This document shows positions 30,326 to 38,712 of a stretch of 64,000 nt of DNA, piece after piece (the first letter of the stretch is position 1; every line of letters starts with the position of its first letter). The position numbers were made by a program, and so were the translations under genes. Where the stretch lies: positions 1,611-65,610 of the forward strand of contig JBBQWS010000012.1 of the NCBI GenBank assembly GCA_038210415.1, read 5' to 3'. The notes beneath the pieces are model-generated. The model saw only the letters and a list, made by a program, of their open reading frames with translations. It had not been told where the DNA came from and did no database searches. The stretch comes from Actinomycetes bacterium (GTDB lineage: Bacteria; Actinomycetota; Actinomycetes; Prado026).

Positions 30326-31005
30326 GACGCGGTCCCTTCGGAGGTGGCTGGTACGGCGGGCTGGCGCGGGATGGCCGTGGTGCAGACGTGCGCACCGGCG
30401 GCGATGGTCGCAAGGCGTTGGACGTGCGTGCCGAGCAGGTCGGCGAAGAGCTCGGTCTCGGCCTCGCACAGCTGCGAGAACTCGGCCGCCACGTGGGCCA
30501 CCGGGCAGTGGTGCTGGCACAGCTGGTCGCCGAGCCCCCCGGGACCGGAGGCGATCGAGGCGGCGTAGCCCTCCCCGGTGAGCGCGGCGGCCAGAGCGGC
30601 CGCCCGTTCACCGCGCGGAGCGGCGAGGATCATCGGCTGGTAGCGCTCGCGGATGCGCTCGACCCGGCGGCGGGCGAACGTCTCGACGGCCTCGGCTCCC
30701 CCGACCTCGGCCAGGTAGCGGAGCGCCTGGCTGGCGAGGTCGTCGTAGGCCTGGTGGAACGTATCGCGTCCGAGCACGGTGAGCGCGAACACCCGGGCCG
30801 GACGACCACGGCCCCGGCGCGGGTCGGGTCCGTACGGCGGGCGGTCGCTGCCCTCGACCTGGCCGTCGAGCACAAGAGCGTCAAGGTGGCGGCGTACTGC
30901 AGCGGACGTCAGGCCCATACGGGTCGCCAGCGCGGCGGCAGTGGCCGGGCCTTCGGAGAGCAGTGATCGGACCACGCGCACCCGAGTGCCTCCGTGGTCG
31001 TTCAC
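30322..31005 (-). CDS. sufR: SufR-type transcriptional regulator (winged HTH + Cys-rich Fe-S sensing domain)
   Basis: N-terminal wHTH ([35 protein letters not shown]) and C-terminal Cys motifs ([10 protein letters not shown] ... LCEAE ... HVCT). First gene of the suf operon. GTG 31005 has GGAGG 6 nt upstream; GTG 31026 is the alternative. Confidence 0.8.
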   Translation of the reverse strand: MNDHGGTRVRVVRSLLSEGPATAAALATRMGLTSAAVRRHLDALVLDGQVEGSDRPPYGPDPRRGRGRPARVFALTVLGRDTFHQAYDDLASQALRYLAEVGGAEAVETFARRRVERIRERYQPMILAAPRGERAAALAAALTGEGYAASIASGPGGLGDQLCQHHCPVAHVAAEFSQLCEAETELFADLLGTHVQRLATIAAGAHVCTTAIPRQPAVPATSEGTAS

Positions 31006-31026
31006 CTCGACCTCCGCGATTTTCAC

Positions 31027-31058
31027 AACGTCAGTGTGCGCTTATTCGTCTCGACGTT
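31027..31058. promoter_or_regulatory. inverted repeat AACGTC-N20-GACGTT in the 5' region shared by sufR and the divergent aac(3) gene (candidate SufR operator)
   Basis: Read directly from ACAACGTCAGTGTGCGCTTATTCGTCTCGACGTTCAAC. Only 6-bp arms, so weak. Confidence 0.2.
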
Positions 31059-31090
31059 CAACTCGAACCGCCGCTCGCTAGCCTGAGCCC

Positions 31091-31963
31091 ATGTCATCAG
31101 CCGGCCACGTGGCCTCCGAGGCCGCCAGGATCGCCGCTACCCCGACGCCGAGGACCCGCGAAGGGCTCGGCGCCGACCTGCGTGCGCTGGGCGTCAGGTC
31201 GGGTGACACGCTGCTGGTGCACTCGTCGCTCACCTCGGTGGGCTGGGTCGTCGGCGGTCAGGTGGCCGTCGTACAGGCCCTGCTCGACGTGCTCGGGCCG
31301 GACGGCACGCTCGTCGTGCCCGCCCATTCCGGCGACAACAGCGACCCCAAGGAATGGGCGAACCCGCCAGTGCCTCAGGACTGGTGGCAGCCGATTCGCG
31401 ACCACATGCCGGCGTTCGACCCCGACCTCACCCCGACCCGCTCGATTGGCGTGATCGCCGAGGCCGTACGCACCTGGCCCGGCGCGACTCGGTCGGATCA
31501 CCCGGTGACCTCGTTCGCCGCCGTCGGCCCGCGGGCCGGCGAGATCACGGCAGTGCACGACCTCGACTGTCAGGCCGGCGAACGCTCTCCACTCGCCGCT
31601 CTGGAGCGACTGGCTGCCCGCGGGCTGTTGCTCGGCGCGGGCTGGGACTCCTGCACGAGCTTCCATCTGGCGGAGTACCGGGTCCCCGGCCTCCCCAGGA
31701 CCGAGCACGGCGCCGCCGTCCGGGTTCGCGCGGAGGACGGTTCGGTCGGCCGGTCCTGGGTCACGTTCAGTGATCTCGCTCTCGACAGCGAGGACTTCGC
31801 GGACCTCGGGACCGCGTTCGAAGATTCGCCGAACAGCGGAGTGACCGTGGGGCAGGTGGGCTCGGCCGACGCCCGGCTGTTCCCGCTCCCGGAAGCCGTC
31901 GCGTTCGCGGAAGCGTGGCTGCGGGCGCACCGGGCCGCAGCCGCGCCCGGCTCGGGTTCCTAG
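31091..31963 (+). CDS. aminoglycoside 3-N-acetyltransferase family protein, AAC(3)
   Basis: 290 aa. TLLVHSSLTSVGWVVGG, GTLVVPAHSGDNSDP, NPPVPQDWW and HPVTSFAAVG are hallmark AAC(3) (Antibiotic_NAT) blocks. Confidence 0.85.
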   Translation: MSSAGHVASEAARIAATPTPRTREGLGADLRALGVRSGDTLLVHSSLTSVGWVVGGQVAVVQALLDVLGPDGTLVVPAHSGDNSDPKEWANPPVPQDWWQPIRDHMPAFDPDLTPTRSIGVIAEAVRTWPGATRSDHPVTSFAAVGPRAGEITAVHDLDCQAGERSPLAALERLAARGLLLGAGWDSCTSFHLAEYRVPGLPRTEHGAAVRVRAEDGSVGRSWVTFSDLALDSEDFADLGTAFEDSPNSGVTVGQVGSADARLFPLPEAVAFAEAWLRAHRAAAAPGSGS

Positions 31964-31973
31964 ACTCCTGCAC

Positions 31974-32909
31974 ATGGAAGCTCCCGCGGTCGAGGTCATC
32001 GACCTCGTCGTCCGGTACGGCCAGAAGACCGCGGTCGCGGGGCTGTCGATGACTGCGCCGCTGGGCGCTGTCACCGCGGTGCTGGGACCGAACGGCGCCG
32101 GCAAGACCACCACGATCGAGGCCTGCGAGGGGTATCGGCGAGCGGCGTCCGGGTTCGTACGGGTGCTGGGCCGCGACCCGCAGGACCGGCACGCGAGCCA
32201 CGCGGCCGACCTGCGCAGCCGGGTCGGGGTGATGCTTCAGGCCGGCGGGGTCGCAGGCGCAGTGCGGGCCGGCGAGATCCTCGCCTACTCCGCGGGCCTG
32301 TACGCCGCCCCGCTCGACCCGGCCGCGCTGGCTGCCCGGCTCGGCATCGAGCACGTGCTCCGCACGCCGTACCGGCGGCTCTCCGGCGGAGAGCAACAAC
32401 GGGTCAAGCTCGCACTCGCCGTCGTCGGCCGCCCGGAGCTCGTGTTCCTCGACGAGCCCACCGCCGGGCTGGACCCGCAGGCGCGACACGCAGCCTGGCA
32501 GCTGGTCCGCGACCTGCGCACCAGCGGCGTCTCGGTCGTCCTCACCACGCACCTGATGGACGAGGCCGAAGAGCTCGCCGACCATGTCGTGATCATCGAC
32601 CGAGGGGTGACGGTCGCCGCCGGTTCGCCAGCCGAGCTCACGGCCCGCGACGCGGAGAACTCACTGCGGTTCCGCGGTCCCGGCGGCCTGGACCTCGCCC
32701 AGCTGCTGCTGGCCCTTCCCGAACGAACCCGGGCCGCCGAGGTCTCACCGGGCTCCTACCGGATCGACGGCCACGTCGACCCGTCTCTGCTCGCCACGGT
32801 GACCGCATGGTGCGCGTCGAACGGCGTGATGCCCGAGGGGCTCGCGGTCGAGCGGCGCAGCCTCGAGGACGTCTTCCTCGCCCTCACCGGAAGGGAGCTG
32901 CGCGCATGA
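31974..32909 (+). CDS. ABC transporter ATP-binding protein (DrrA / ABC-2 type)
   Basis: Walker A GPNGAGKTTT, signature LSGGEQQRVKLA, Walker B LVFLDEPTAGLD. Confidence 0.88.
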   Translation: MEAPAVEVIDLVVRYGQKTAVAGLSMTAPLGAVTAVLGPNGAGKTTTIEACEGYRRAASGFVRVLGRDPQDRHASHAADLRSRVGVMLQAGGVAGAVRAGEILAYSAGLYAAPLDPAALAARLGIEHVLRTPYRRLSGGEQQRVKLALAVVGRPELVFLDEPTAGLDPQARHAAWQLVRDLRTSGVSVVLTTHLMDEAEELADHVVIIDRGVTVAAGSPAELTARDAENSLRFRGPGGLDLAQLLLALPERTRAAEVSPGSYRIDGHVDPSLLATVTAWCASNGVMPEGLAVERRSLEDVFLALTGRELRA

Positions 32910-33673
32910 CCGACCTGGACCTCCGCCCACGACCCGGCGCCGCTCCCGCACGACGGCGGGTGGCACGCCACGCCCGCTTCGAGATCGGCCAGCTGCTTCG
33001 CAACGGCGAGCAGCTGCTGCTGACTCTGGTGATCCCGGTCGTGCTCCTGGTGCTCATGGCCAAGGTCGAGATCGTCGACCTCGGGCCCAGCGGCCGGCTC
33101 CAGTTCCTCGTCCCCGGCATGTTCTGTCTGGCCGTGCTGTCGACCGCATTCACCGGGCAGGCGATCGGCACCGGCTTCGAGCGACGCTACGGCGTGCTCA
33201 AACGGCTCGGCTCCACCCCCCTCACCCGCACCCAGCTGCTCGCCGGCAAATCCCTGGCCGTCCTCGCCGTCGAGCTGGGCCAGGTCGCGCTGCTGGCCGC
33301 GGTGGGGGTCGCTCTGGGCTGGCGGCCCACCGCGCCCGCCTACGGCGTGGCCCTGCTGTTCCTGGTCGTGGGCACGATCGCCTTCGCCGCAGTCGGTCTG
33401 CTGATGGCGGGGACGCTGCGGGCCGAGGTCACCCTCGCCGCGGCCAACCTCGTCTACGTCCTTCTGCTCCTCGGCGGGGGCATCGTGGTGCCGACCTCGA
33501 AGTTCCCAGCCGGGATGGCCAGGGTGCTCGAGTGGCTTCCCTCCAGCGCCCTCGCCACCGGGCTCCGGTCGGCACTCGGCGGGCAGGGCCTGGCCGTCCA
33601 CGCCCTCGTCGTGCTCGGTGTTTGGGCGGCCACCGGCTTCGTGGCAGCTGCCCGGCTCTTTCGCTGGGAGTAG
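32906..33673 (+). CDS. ABC-2 type transporter permease
   Basis: ATG 32906 overlaps the ATPase stop (ATGA). About 6 TM helices, in frame with track ORF 32807..33673. Confidence 0.8.
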   Translation: MTDLDLRPRPGAAPARRRVARHARFEIGQLLRNGEQLLLTLVIPVVLLVLMAKVEIVDLGPSGRLQFLVPGMFCLAVLSTAFTGQAIGTGFERRYGVLKRLGSTPLTRTQLLAGKSLAVLAVELGQVALLAAVGVALGWRPTAPAYGVALLFLVVGTIAFAAVGLLMAGTLRAEVTLAAANLVYVLLLLGGGIVVPTSKFPAGMARVLEWLPSSALATGLRSALGGQGLAVHALVVLGVWAATGFVAAARLFRWE

Positions 33674-33781
33674 CCAAGCAGACCCCGAACACCTGTGCAG
33701 CGTCCAGCTCGGAGCCGCCGGGCACCGGCGAACCCGCGTCACCACCGCGCCTCGGTCGGCGGAACATCGACTGCGCCGAAG

Positions 33782-34007
33782 GGCACGCCTCAAGCCGGCC
33801 CACCACCCGCTCGGCTGGCAGTGCGGCTGCAGCCAGGACGAGTCCCTCGGCGAGAGTGGCCGGCGGAGAAGCTGCGATCGCCGCCTGGCGGGTGACCACC
33901 ACCTCCAGGGCGAGCCCGAGGCGCACTGCCTCCGCGGCGGCCCAGCGCGCTGCAGCGTGCCCGGATTCGCCCCCGTCGACGTCCACAACGATCACCGCGT
34001 CACCCAT
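33782..34007 (-). pseudogene. possible universal stress protein (UspA-like) N-terminal remnant
   Basis: MGDAVIVVDVDGGESGHAAARWAAAEAVRLGLALEVVV resembles the first beta-alpha unit of actinobacterial USPs. Similarity fades after ~70 aa, and the open frame then runs into the convergent permease gene. Confidence 0.25.
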
Positions 34008-34116
34008 GGCGACCGGGTCCTCCGGTCAGCGCGTGCTGCATCCAATCCGGGGTACGAAGCGGAAGAAGAGGAGACGAGCCAATTCCGTCGTCCCACTCGA
34101 GCGAAGGACAGGACAC

Positions 34117-34929
34117 ATGCGCAAGATCCTCGGAGCCGCCGCCATCGCGGCGCTCACCCTCCCCGGAGCACTGCTCCTGACCGCCCCGGCGCAGGCTGCC
34201 GACAACGCCATGGTCTCCGTGCTGCACGGCATTCCTGGTGTCACGGTGGACGTCTACGTGAATGACAAGCTCACGCTCGACAACTTCAAGCCCGGCACCC
34301 TGGCCGGCCCCCTGACCCTGCCGGCCGGAACGTACAACATCAAGATCACCGACCCGGCAGACGCCACCAAGGTCATCATCGGCCCGGCGGCCGTGCCGGT
34401 TTCCGGCGGCATGAACTACACCATCGTCGCGTTCCTCGGCACCGACGGAAAGCCGACCGCGAAGCCGTTCGTGAACGACATCAGCAAGTTGTCGGCAGGC
34501 CAGGGCCGAGTGACCGTCCGCCACGTGGCCAACGCGCCCGCCGTCAAGGTGACCGCCGGTGGGGCCACGCTGATCCCCAGCCTGGCAAACGGCTCCGAGG
34601 CCGTGGCGAACGTCCCGGCGAAGACCTACCCGGTCGCGGTCCTGCCGGCCGCTGGCGGCGCAGCAGTCTTCTCGACGAACCTTCCCGTGACCGAAGGCGC
34701 GAACACGATCGTCTACGCGTACGGCGACCTGGCCGGCGGAACCTTCGCCGCGAAGGTCCAGACGATCACGGGTCTGCACTCGATGCCGAGCGGCGTGCCT
34801 GCCGGTGACGGCGGTCTGGCCGACGACGGCGCCGGGTTCCCGGCCTGGGCGGTAGCTCTCGTGGCGGTCGGACTCCTTGGCACCGGGCTCTCAGCCCGCC
34901 GTCTTGCGACCTCCCGGTCCCAGGGCTGA
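34117..34929 (+). CDS. secreted DUF4397 domain protein with C-terminal sorting-signal-like tail (no LPXTG)
   Basis: ATG 34117 after GAAGGACAGGAC. Signal peptide MRKILGAAAIAALTLPGALLLTAPAQA. Two DUF4397-like repeats (VSVLHGIPGVTVDVYVND..., VTVRHVANAPAVKVTAGG...). Tail is MPSGVPAGDGG..FPAWAVALVAVGLLGTGL-SARRLATSRSQG. Confidence 0.7.
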   Translation: MRKILGAAAIAALTLPGALLLTAPAQAADNAMVSVLHGIPGVTVDVYVNDKLTLDNFKPGTLAGPLTLPAGTYNIKITDPADATKVIIGPAAVPVSGGMNYTIVAFLGTDGKPTAKPFVNDISKLSAGQGRVTVRHVANAPAVKVTAGGATLIPSLANGSEAVANVPAKTYPVAVLPAAGGAAVFSTNLPVTEGANTIVYAYGDLAGGTFAAKVQTITGLHSMPSGVPAGDGGLADDGAGFPAWAVALVAVGLLGTGLSARRLATSRSQG

Positions 34930-34963
34930 CCGTCGCCGACCAAGAAGGCGGACCAGGACGAAC

Positions 34964-35644
34964 ATGTCGCTGAACCGACGCACTGCGGCCGGCGCGGGGC
35001 TCCTCGTGAGCCTCGCGCTGGTCGTCGGCGTTCCCAGCTGCTGGGCGCTGACCCGCCCGGCCGGCGATGTCGGATCGCTGCCGGTGACGGCGCCCTCGAT
35101 CCCGCCCACGCCGGACGCCCCGACCGCAACTCCGTCTCCGCGCGCCACCACCCCGACGGCCACCAGCCCCGCGCCGGCGACCCCCAACCCGCCGCCCGTG
35201 CGGTTCGCAGCTCCCCGACTCGGCGTGACCGCCGCCGTCGACCCGGTGGGGGTCGACTCCCGTGGCGCCGTCGCCATCCCGCCAGACGCCCGACGGGTGG
35301 GCTGGTACCGGTTCGGCCCGGTACCGGGCGACCCGGTCGGATCTGCCGTCCTGGTGGGCCATCGCGACTCTCGTACGCAGGGCAAGGGCGCGTTGTTCCC
35401 GATGGCAGACCTGGTCGTCGGTGACGTCCTGCTGGTCGCGCAGGTCGACGGGAGCGTGTTGAAGTACCGCGTCGTCGAACGCAGGCTGTACCAGAAGGTC
35501 GGACTGCCGGTTCAGATCTTCTTCGCCCGGTCGGGGCCACCCCGGCTCACCGTCATCACCTGCGGCGGACCCTACGACCCCGACAGGGGCGGCTACCAGG
35601 ACAACCTGGTGGTCACGGCCGTACCGTTGGGGTCCAACCCGTGA
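34964..35644 (+). CDS. class F sortase
   Basis: N-terminal TM anchor plus Pro/Thr linker. VLVGHRDS (catalytic His), LTVITCGG (TLxTC Cys motif), and GWY...GPxPG typical of class F. ATG 34964. Confidence 0.8.
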   Translation: MSLNRRTAAGAGLLVSLALVVGVPSCWALTRPAGDVGSLPVTAPSIPPTPDAPTATPSPRATTPTATSPAPATPNPPPVRFAAPRLGVTAAVDPVGVDSRGAVAIPPDARRVGWYRFGPVPGDPVGSAVLVGHRDSRTQGKGALFPMADLVVGDVLLVAQVDGSVLKYRVVERRLYQKVGLPVQIFFARSGPPRLTVITCGGPYDPDRGGYQDNLVVTAVPLGSNP

Positions 35645-36228
35645 ACCGGCTCGAGGAAGGCACGCCCGTGGAAGTGCAGCCTCTCGCGGACGCCGACGTC
35701 GCCCACGGCTTTCGAGAGGGCGATGAGACCTGCCTCGCCGAGGCCTACGCCCGTTGGAGCTCGTTGGTCTTCTCGGTCAGCCTGCGCTCTCTGGGCGACC
35801 GCAGCGATGCCGAAGACGTGACGCAGACTGTCTTCGTCGCCGCCTGGCAAAGTCGCGCCCGGTACGACGCGTCGTCCGGCAACATGGCGGCGTGGCTGCT
35901 CGGCATCACTCGCAACAAAGTCGCCGACCGCTGGGCGGCGAAAGCTCGCGAACGGCGAGCCGTTGCGGCGGTGCTCGAGGTGACGGCGCCGGAGCCGGTC
36001 AGCCCCGCTGCAACCGAGGAGGTCGCAGACCGGGTGCTGCTGGCGGACGAGCTTGCCAGGTTGGGCGAGCCCCAGCATCGGATCATGATGCTGGCGTTCT
36101 ACCAGGACCTCACCCACGCCCAGATCGCAAGCCTGCTGAGCCTCCCGCTCGGCACCGTGAAGAGCCACATCCGCAGATCGTTGGAACGACTTCGTACGCG
36201 ATTGGAGGTGGACGGTGCAGCACTGTGA
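35641..36228 (+). CDS. ECF (sigma-70 family, SigK-like) RNA polymerase sigma factor
   Basis: 195 aa. Region 2 [14 protein letters not shown], region 4 [29 protein letters not shown]. The GTG start overlaps the sortase stop (GTGA). Confidence 0.88.
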   Translation: MNRLEEGTPVEVQPLADADVAHGFREGDETCLAEAYARWSSLVFSVSLRSLGDRSDAEDVTQTVFVAAWQSRARYDASSGNMAAWLLGITRNKVADRWAAKARERRAVAAVLEVTAPEPVSPAATEEVADRVLLADELARLGEPQHRIMMLAFYQDLTHAQIASLLSLPLGTVKSHIRRSLERLRTRLEVDGAAL

Positions 36229-36976
36229 GCAGGAGACCCTCGCGCTGCTCGCGCTCGGCGAGTCGGCAGCGTCCGCGGAGGACGACCGCCATCTCAGTCG
36301 TTGTGCGCCCTGCCAGTCCGATCTTGCCTCGCTACGCGTGGTCGTGACGACGAGCCGGCAGATCACCCCGGCGGACCGTCCCGTCTCGCCACCGCCTGCC
36401 GTCTGGGACCGGATCATCGGCGAGCTCGGGATAGCACCGGCCCCGGAGGCCCTTTCGGAGCGCGACTCGGAGTCGGAGTCGGAGTCTGAGCCGGTCGTGG
36501 CCGTGGTGGCGCTTGACGGACACCGGCGCACGCGCTGGACGCGGCGCACCGCCCGCCTCACAGCCGCTGCGGCATTCGTTGCGGTGCTCGCCGGGGTCGT
36601 GGGGGCGGGCCTGGTGCGCTCGGGCGGGTCGAGCGACCCCGTGCTCCTCGCTGCGACCGACCTGAAGCCGTTGTCGGTTGCCAATGCCTCAGGCAGCGCG
36701 TCGATACACCGGTCGGACGCAGGCGAGACACTGAGGGTGCAGATCAGTGGACTCCGAAACGTGCCGGATGGTTTCTACGAGGTGTGGCTCGCGGACAAGC
36801 AGACCAAGAAGATGGTGGCCGTCGGCATTCTCGACGCCAACGACCAAGGGTCCTTCGACGTGCCCGGCGGCCTCGACCTGGCGGAGTACCGCGTCGTCGA
36901 CGTGTCGTTGGAGGCGTTCGACGGCAATCCCCTGCACTCCGCGATCAGCGTGGTGCGGGGCGTCTTCCCCGCCTGA
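36215..36976 (+). CDS. anti-sigma-K factor RskA family protein (zinc-finger anti-sigma N-terminus, one TM, extracytoplasmic RskA domain)
   Basis: [12 protein letters not shown] motif, TM helix [21 protein letters not shown]-terminal [21 protein letters not shown]...[12 protein letters not shown] typical of the RskA C-domain. Overlaps the sigma gene by 14 nt. Confidence 0.82.
   Translation: MQHCEQETLALLALGESAASAEDDRHLSRCAPCQSDLASLRVVVTTSRQITPADRPVSPPPAVWDRIIGELGIAPAPEALSERDSESESESEPVVAVVALDGHRRTRWTRRTARLTAAAAFVAVLAGVVGAGLVRSGGSSDPVLLAATDLKPLSVANASGSASIHRSDAGETLRVQISGLRNVPDGFYEVWLADKQTKKMVAVGILDANDQGSFDVPGGLDLAEYRVVDVSLEAFDGNPLHSAISVVRGVFPA
36464..36490 (+). repeat. hexanucleotide microsatellite (GAGTCG)x4.5 encoding DSESESESE in the anti-sigma cytoplasmic linker
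   Basis: gactcg gagtcg gagtcg gagtct gag, read directly. Confidence 0.9.
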
Positions 36977-37001
36977 GCGGCGCCGGAGGCTGACACCTAG
37001 G

Positions 37002-37952
37002 ATGATTCCTGTGACGACCACGGCCGACTCGGACAGGGCTGCTGTAAAGGGCGTGAATGCTCGTACGGCCCACCGCGTCTACGTCGCAGGCGTCGTCGTC
37101 CAGGCGGGCATCGTCGTCACCGGCGGTCTGGTCCGGCTGACGGGATCCGGGCTCGGCTGCCCCACTGTGCCGCAGTGCGTGCCGGGGTCCTACGTCCCGG
37201 TCGAGCGGCAGCCGCAGGGTTACCACAAGCTGATCGAGTTCGGGAACCGCTCGCTCACGTTCGTCGTGGCTGCTGTCATCGTGGCCTGCGTCGTGGTGGC
37301 CTGGCGCAGCGTGCCCCGACGCCCGCCCCTCGTGCTCCTCGCCGCGGTCGGTCTGCTCGGTGTCCTCGGTCAGGCACTCCTCGGCGCCGTTGCCGTGCTC
37401 ACCAAGCTCAGCCCCGGGATCGTCGCAGCGCACTTCCTGCTCTCGTTGCCGCTGATCGCTGCGGCGGTCGCACTCGCGGAGCGGTCGAAGGACGCCGGGG
37501 ACGCCCCCCCGGCCGCCACCGTGGGTCGCGAGGTGAGGCTGCTCTCCCGCGCGTTGCTCGGAGCCGCGCTGGTCGTGATCGCCCTCGGCACCGTCGTGAC
37601 CGGCAGCGGGCCGTACTCCGGCGACAAGGACCAACCCGCGCGGTTCGGTGTCGACGAGGCGAAGGTGTCCTGGCTGCACGCAGACGCGGTGCTGCTCTTC
37701 GTCGGTCTCGTCGTCGCCCTGGTCGTCGCGGTCCGCATGAGTGACGCCCCTCGGGTCGCGGTCCGCCGGGTCTACGTGCTGGTCGCAGTCACGCTGCTGC
37801 AGGCCCTGATCGGCTACACGCAGTACTTCACCGGCCTGCCGTGGGCGCTGGTGTCCGTGCACATGCTCGGAGCCACCCTGCTGTGGATCTCGGTGCTACG
37901 CGTGCAATTCGCACTGCGCCGTCGCGACGCGGCCCCGTCGAGCGCTCAGTAG
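37002..37952 (+). CDS. ctaA: heme A synthase (COX15/CtaA family)
   Basis: ATG 37002 in frame with track ORF 36747..37952. VRLTGSGLGCPTVPQC Cys pair, HKLIEFGNR, multiple TM helices, HF/HM His ligands. Confidence 0.82.
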   Translation: MIPVTTTADSDRAAVKGVNARTAHRVYVAGVVVQAGIVVTGGLVRLTGSGLGCPTVPQCVPGSYVPVERQPQGYHKLIEFGNRSLTFVVAAVIVACVVVAWRSVPRRPPLVLLAAVGLLGVLGQALLGAVAVLTKLSPGIVAAHFLLSLPLIAAAVALAERSKDAGDAPPAATVGREVRLLSRALLGAALVVIALGTVVTGSGPYSGDKDQPARFGVDEAKVSWLHADAVLLFVGLVVALVVAVRMSDAPRVAVRRVYVLVAVTLLQALIGYTQYFTGLPWALVSVHMLGATLLWISVLRVQFALRRRDAAPSSAQ

Positions 37953-38599
37953 TCGCTCGCTCCGGAGTCACTGGTCTCGACGGACTGGGTGGGCACGCCC
38001 TTGACGCAGACGATCTGCACGCCGACCTCGGTGCTCCCGAGGAACTTCACCTCGGCCTGCTGGCCACCGTCGGACTCGATCAGCACGCGGTAGCCCTGGC
38101 TGGGGGAAGCAGAAACGACCCGGACCACGGCGCCCGTGCACTTGGCCAGGATACTTCCGCCGGGTGAGACCAACGAGCGGAAGACGGGGCTGGACCCGCC
38201 GCCGGTGCTCGGTCCCGTGGTTGGGGTCTGCGACGGCTGCTGACTGGGTTCGGTCGACGGGTGGCTGCTGGGCCCGGAGCTCGGTCGAGTGGACGGACGC
38301 GGTCCCTCGGAGCTGTGACCACCGCCAGCCGGTGGCGAACGAGTCGGGTGCACCGACGGGCCGGTCGAGGTGGTCGGGTCGGGCGTGGCGTCGGTGCTGG
38401 GCCCGGCGCTGCCGATGGGGGCAGCGCGGTCCTGGCCGGCGATCTCGCTCTGGCTGAGCGTCACCACGGAGGAGGGCTCACCGACGGCTCCACGGACCAC
38501 CGCCACGGTGCCCATGCCTACGGTGGTGGCCACCGCTGTGACGGTGAGCCACCCGACCACGATGGCGGAGCGAGAGGGCATGACCCCATGCTCGGGCAT
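37946..38599 (-). CDS. hypothetical membrane-anchored protein: TM anchor, ~110-aa Pro/Ser/Thr-rich linker, small C-terminal beta-rich domain with two Cys
   Basis: 217 aa. IVVGWLTVTAVATTVGMGTVAVV anchor, STDATPDPTTSTGPS...PSQTPTTGPSTGG linker, C-terminal ILAKCTGAVVRVVSASPSQGYRVLIESDGGQQAEVKFLGSTEVGVQIVCVKG. No family recognised. Confidence 0.5.
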   Translation of the reverse strand: MPEHGVMPSRSAIVVGWLTVTAVATTVGMGTVAVVRGAVGEPSSVVTLSQSEIAGQDRAAPIGSAGPSTDATPDPTTSTGPSVHPTRSPPAGGGHSSEGPRPSTRPSSGPSSHPSTEPSQQPSQTPTTGPSTGGGSSPVFRSLVSPGGSILAKCTGAVVRVVSASPSQGYRVLIESDGGQQAEVKFLGSTEVGVQIVCVKGVPTQSVETSDSGASDY

Positions 38600-38615
38600 C
38601 GCCCGACTTCTTGGA

Positions 38616-38631
38616 CTAAGGGCGTCCTAAG
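38616..38631. promoter_or_regulatory. direct repeat CTAAG-N6-CTAAG (11-bp periodicity) in the divergent promoter region upstream of the response regulator gene
   Basis: GGACTAAGGGCGTCCTAAGAGG read directly. AT-richer than its surroundings. The spacing fits OmpR/PhoB-type tandem half-sites. Confidence 0.25.
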
Positions 38632-38712
38632 AGGTGACCAACTGCGCGGACGGACCGACCCATCACCCCCGGAACCGCGCGGGTAGGCGCCCGGCAGGGC
38701 TACGGTTCGAAG

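Noticed and set aside
34690-34710. LPVTEG in the DUF4397 protein as a possible LPXTG-like sortase motif
   Set aside because: It lies inside the second DUF4397 repeat, ~75 residues from the hydrophobic tail, and the fifth residue is Glu rather than Gly. It is not positioned like a sorting signal.
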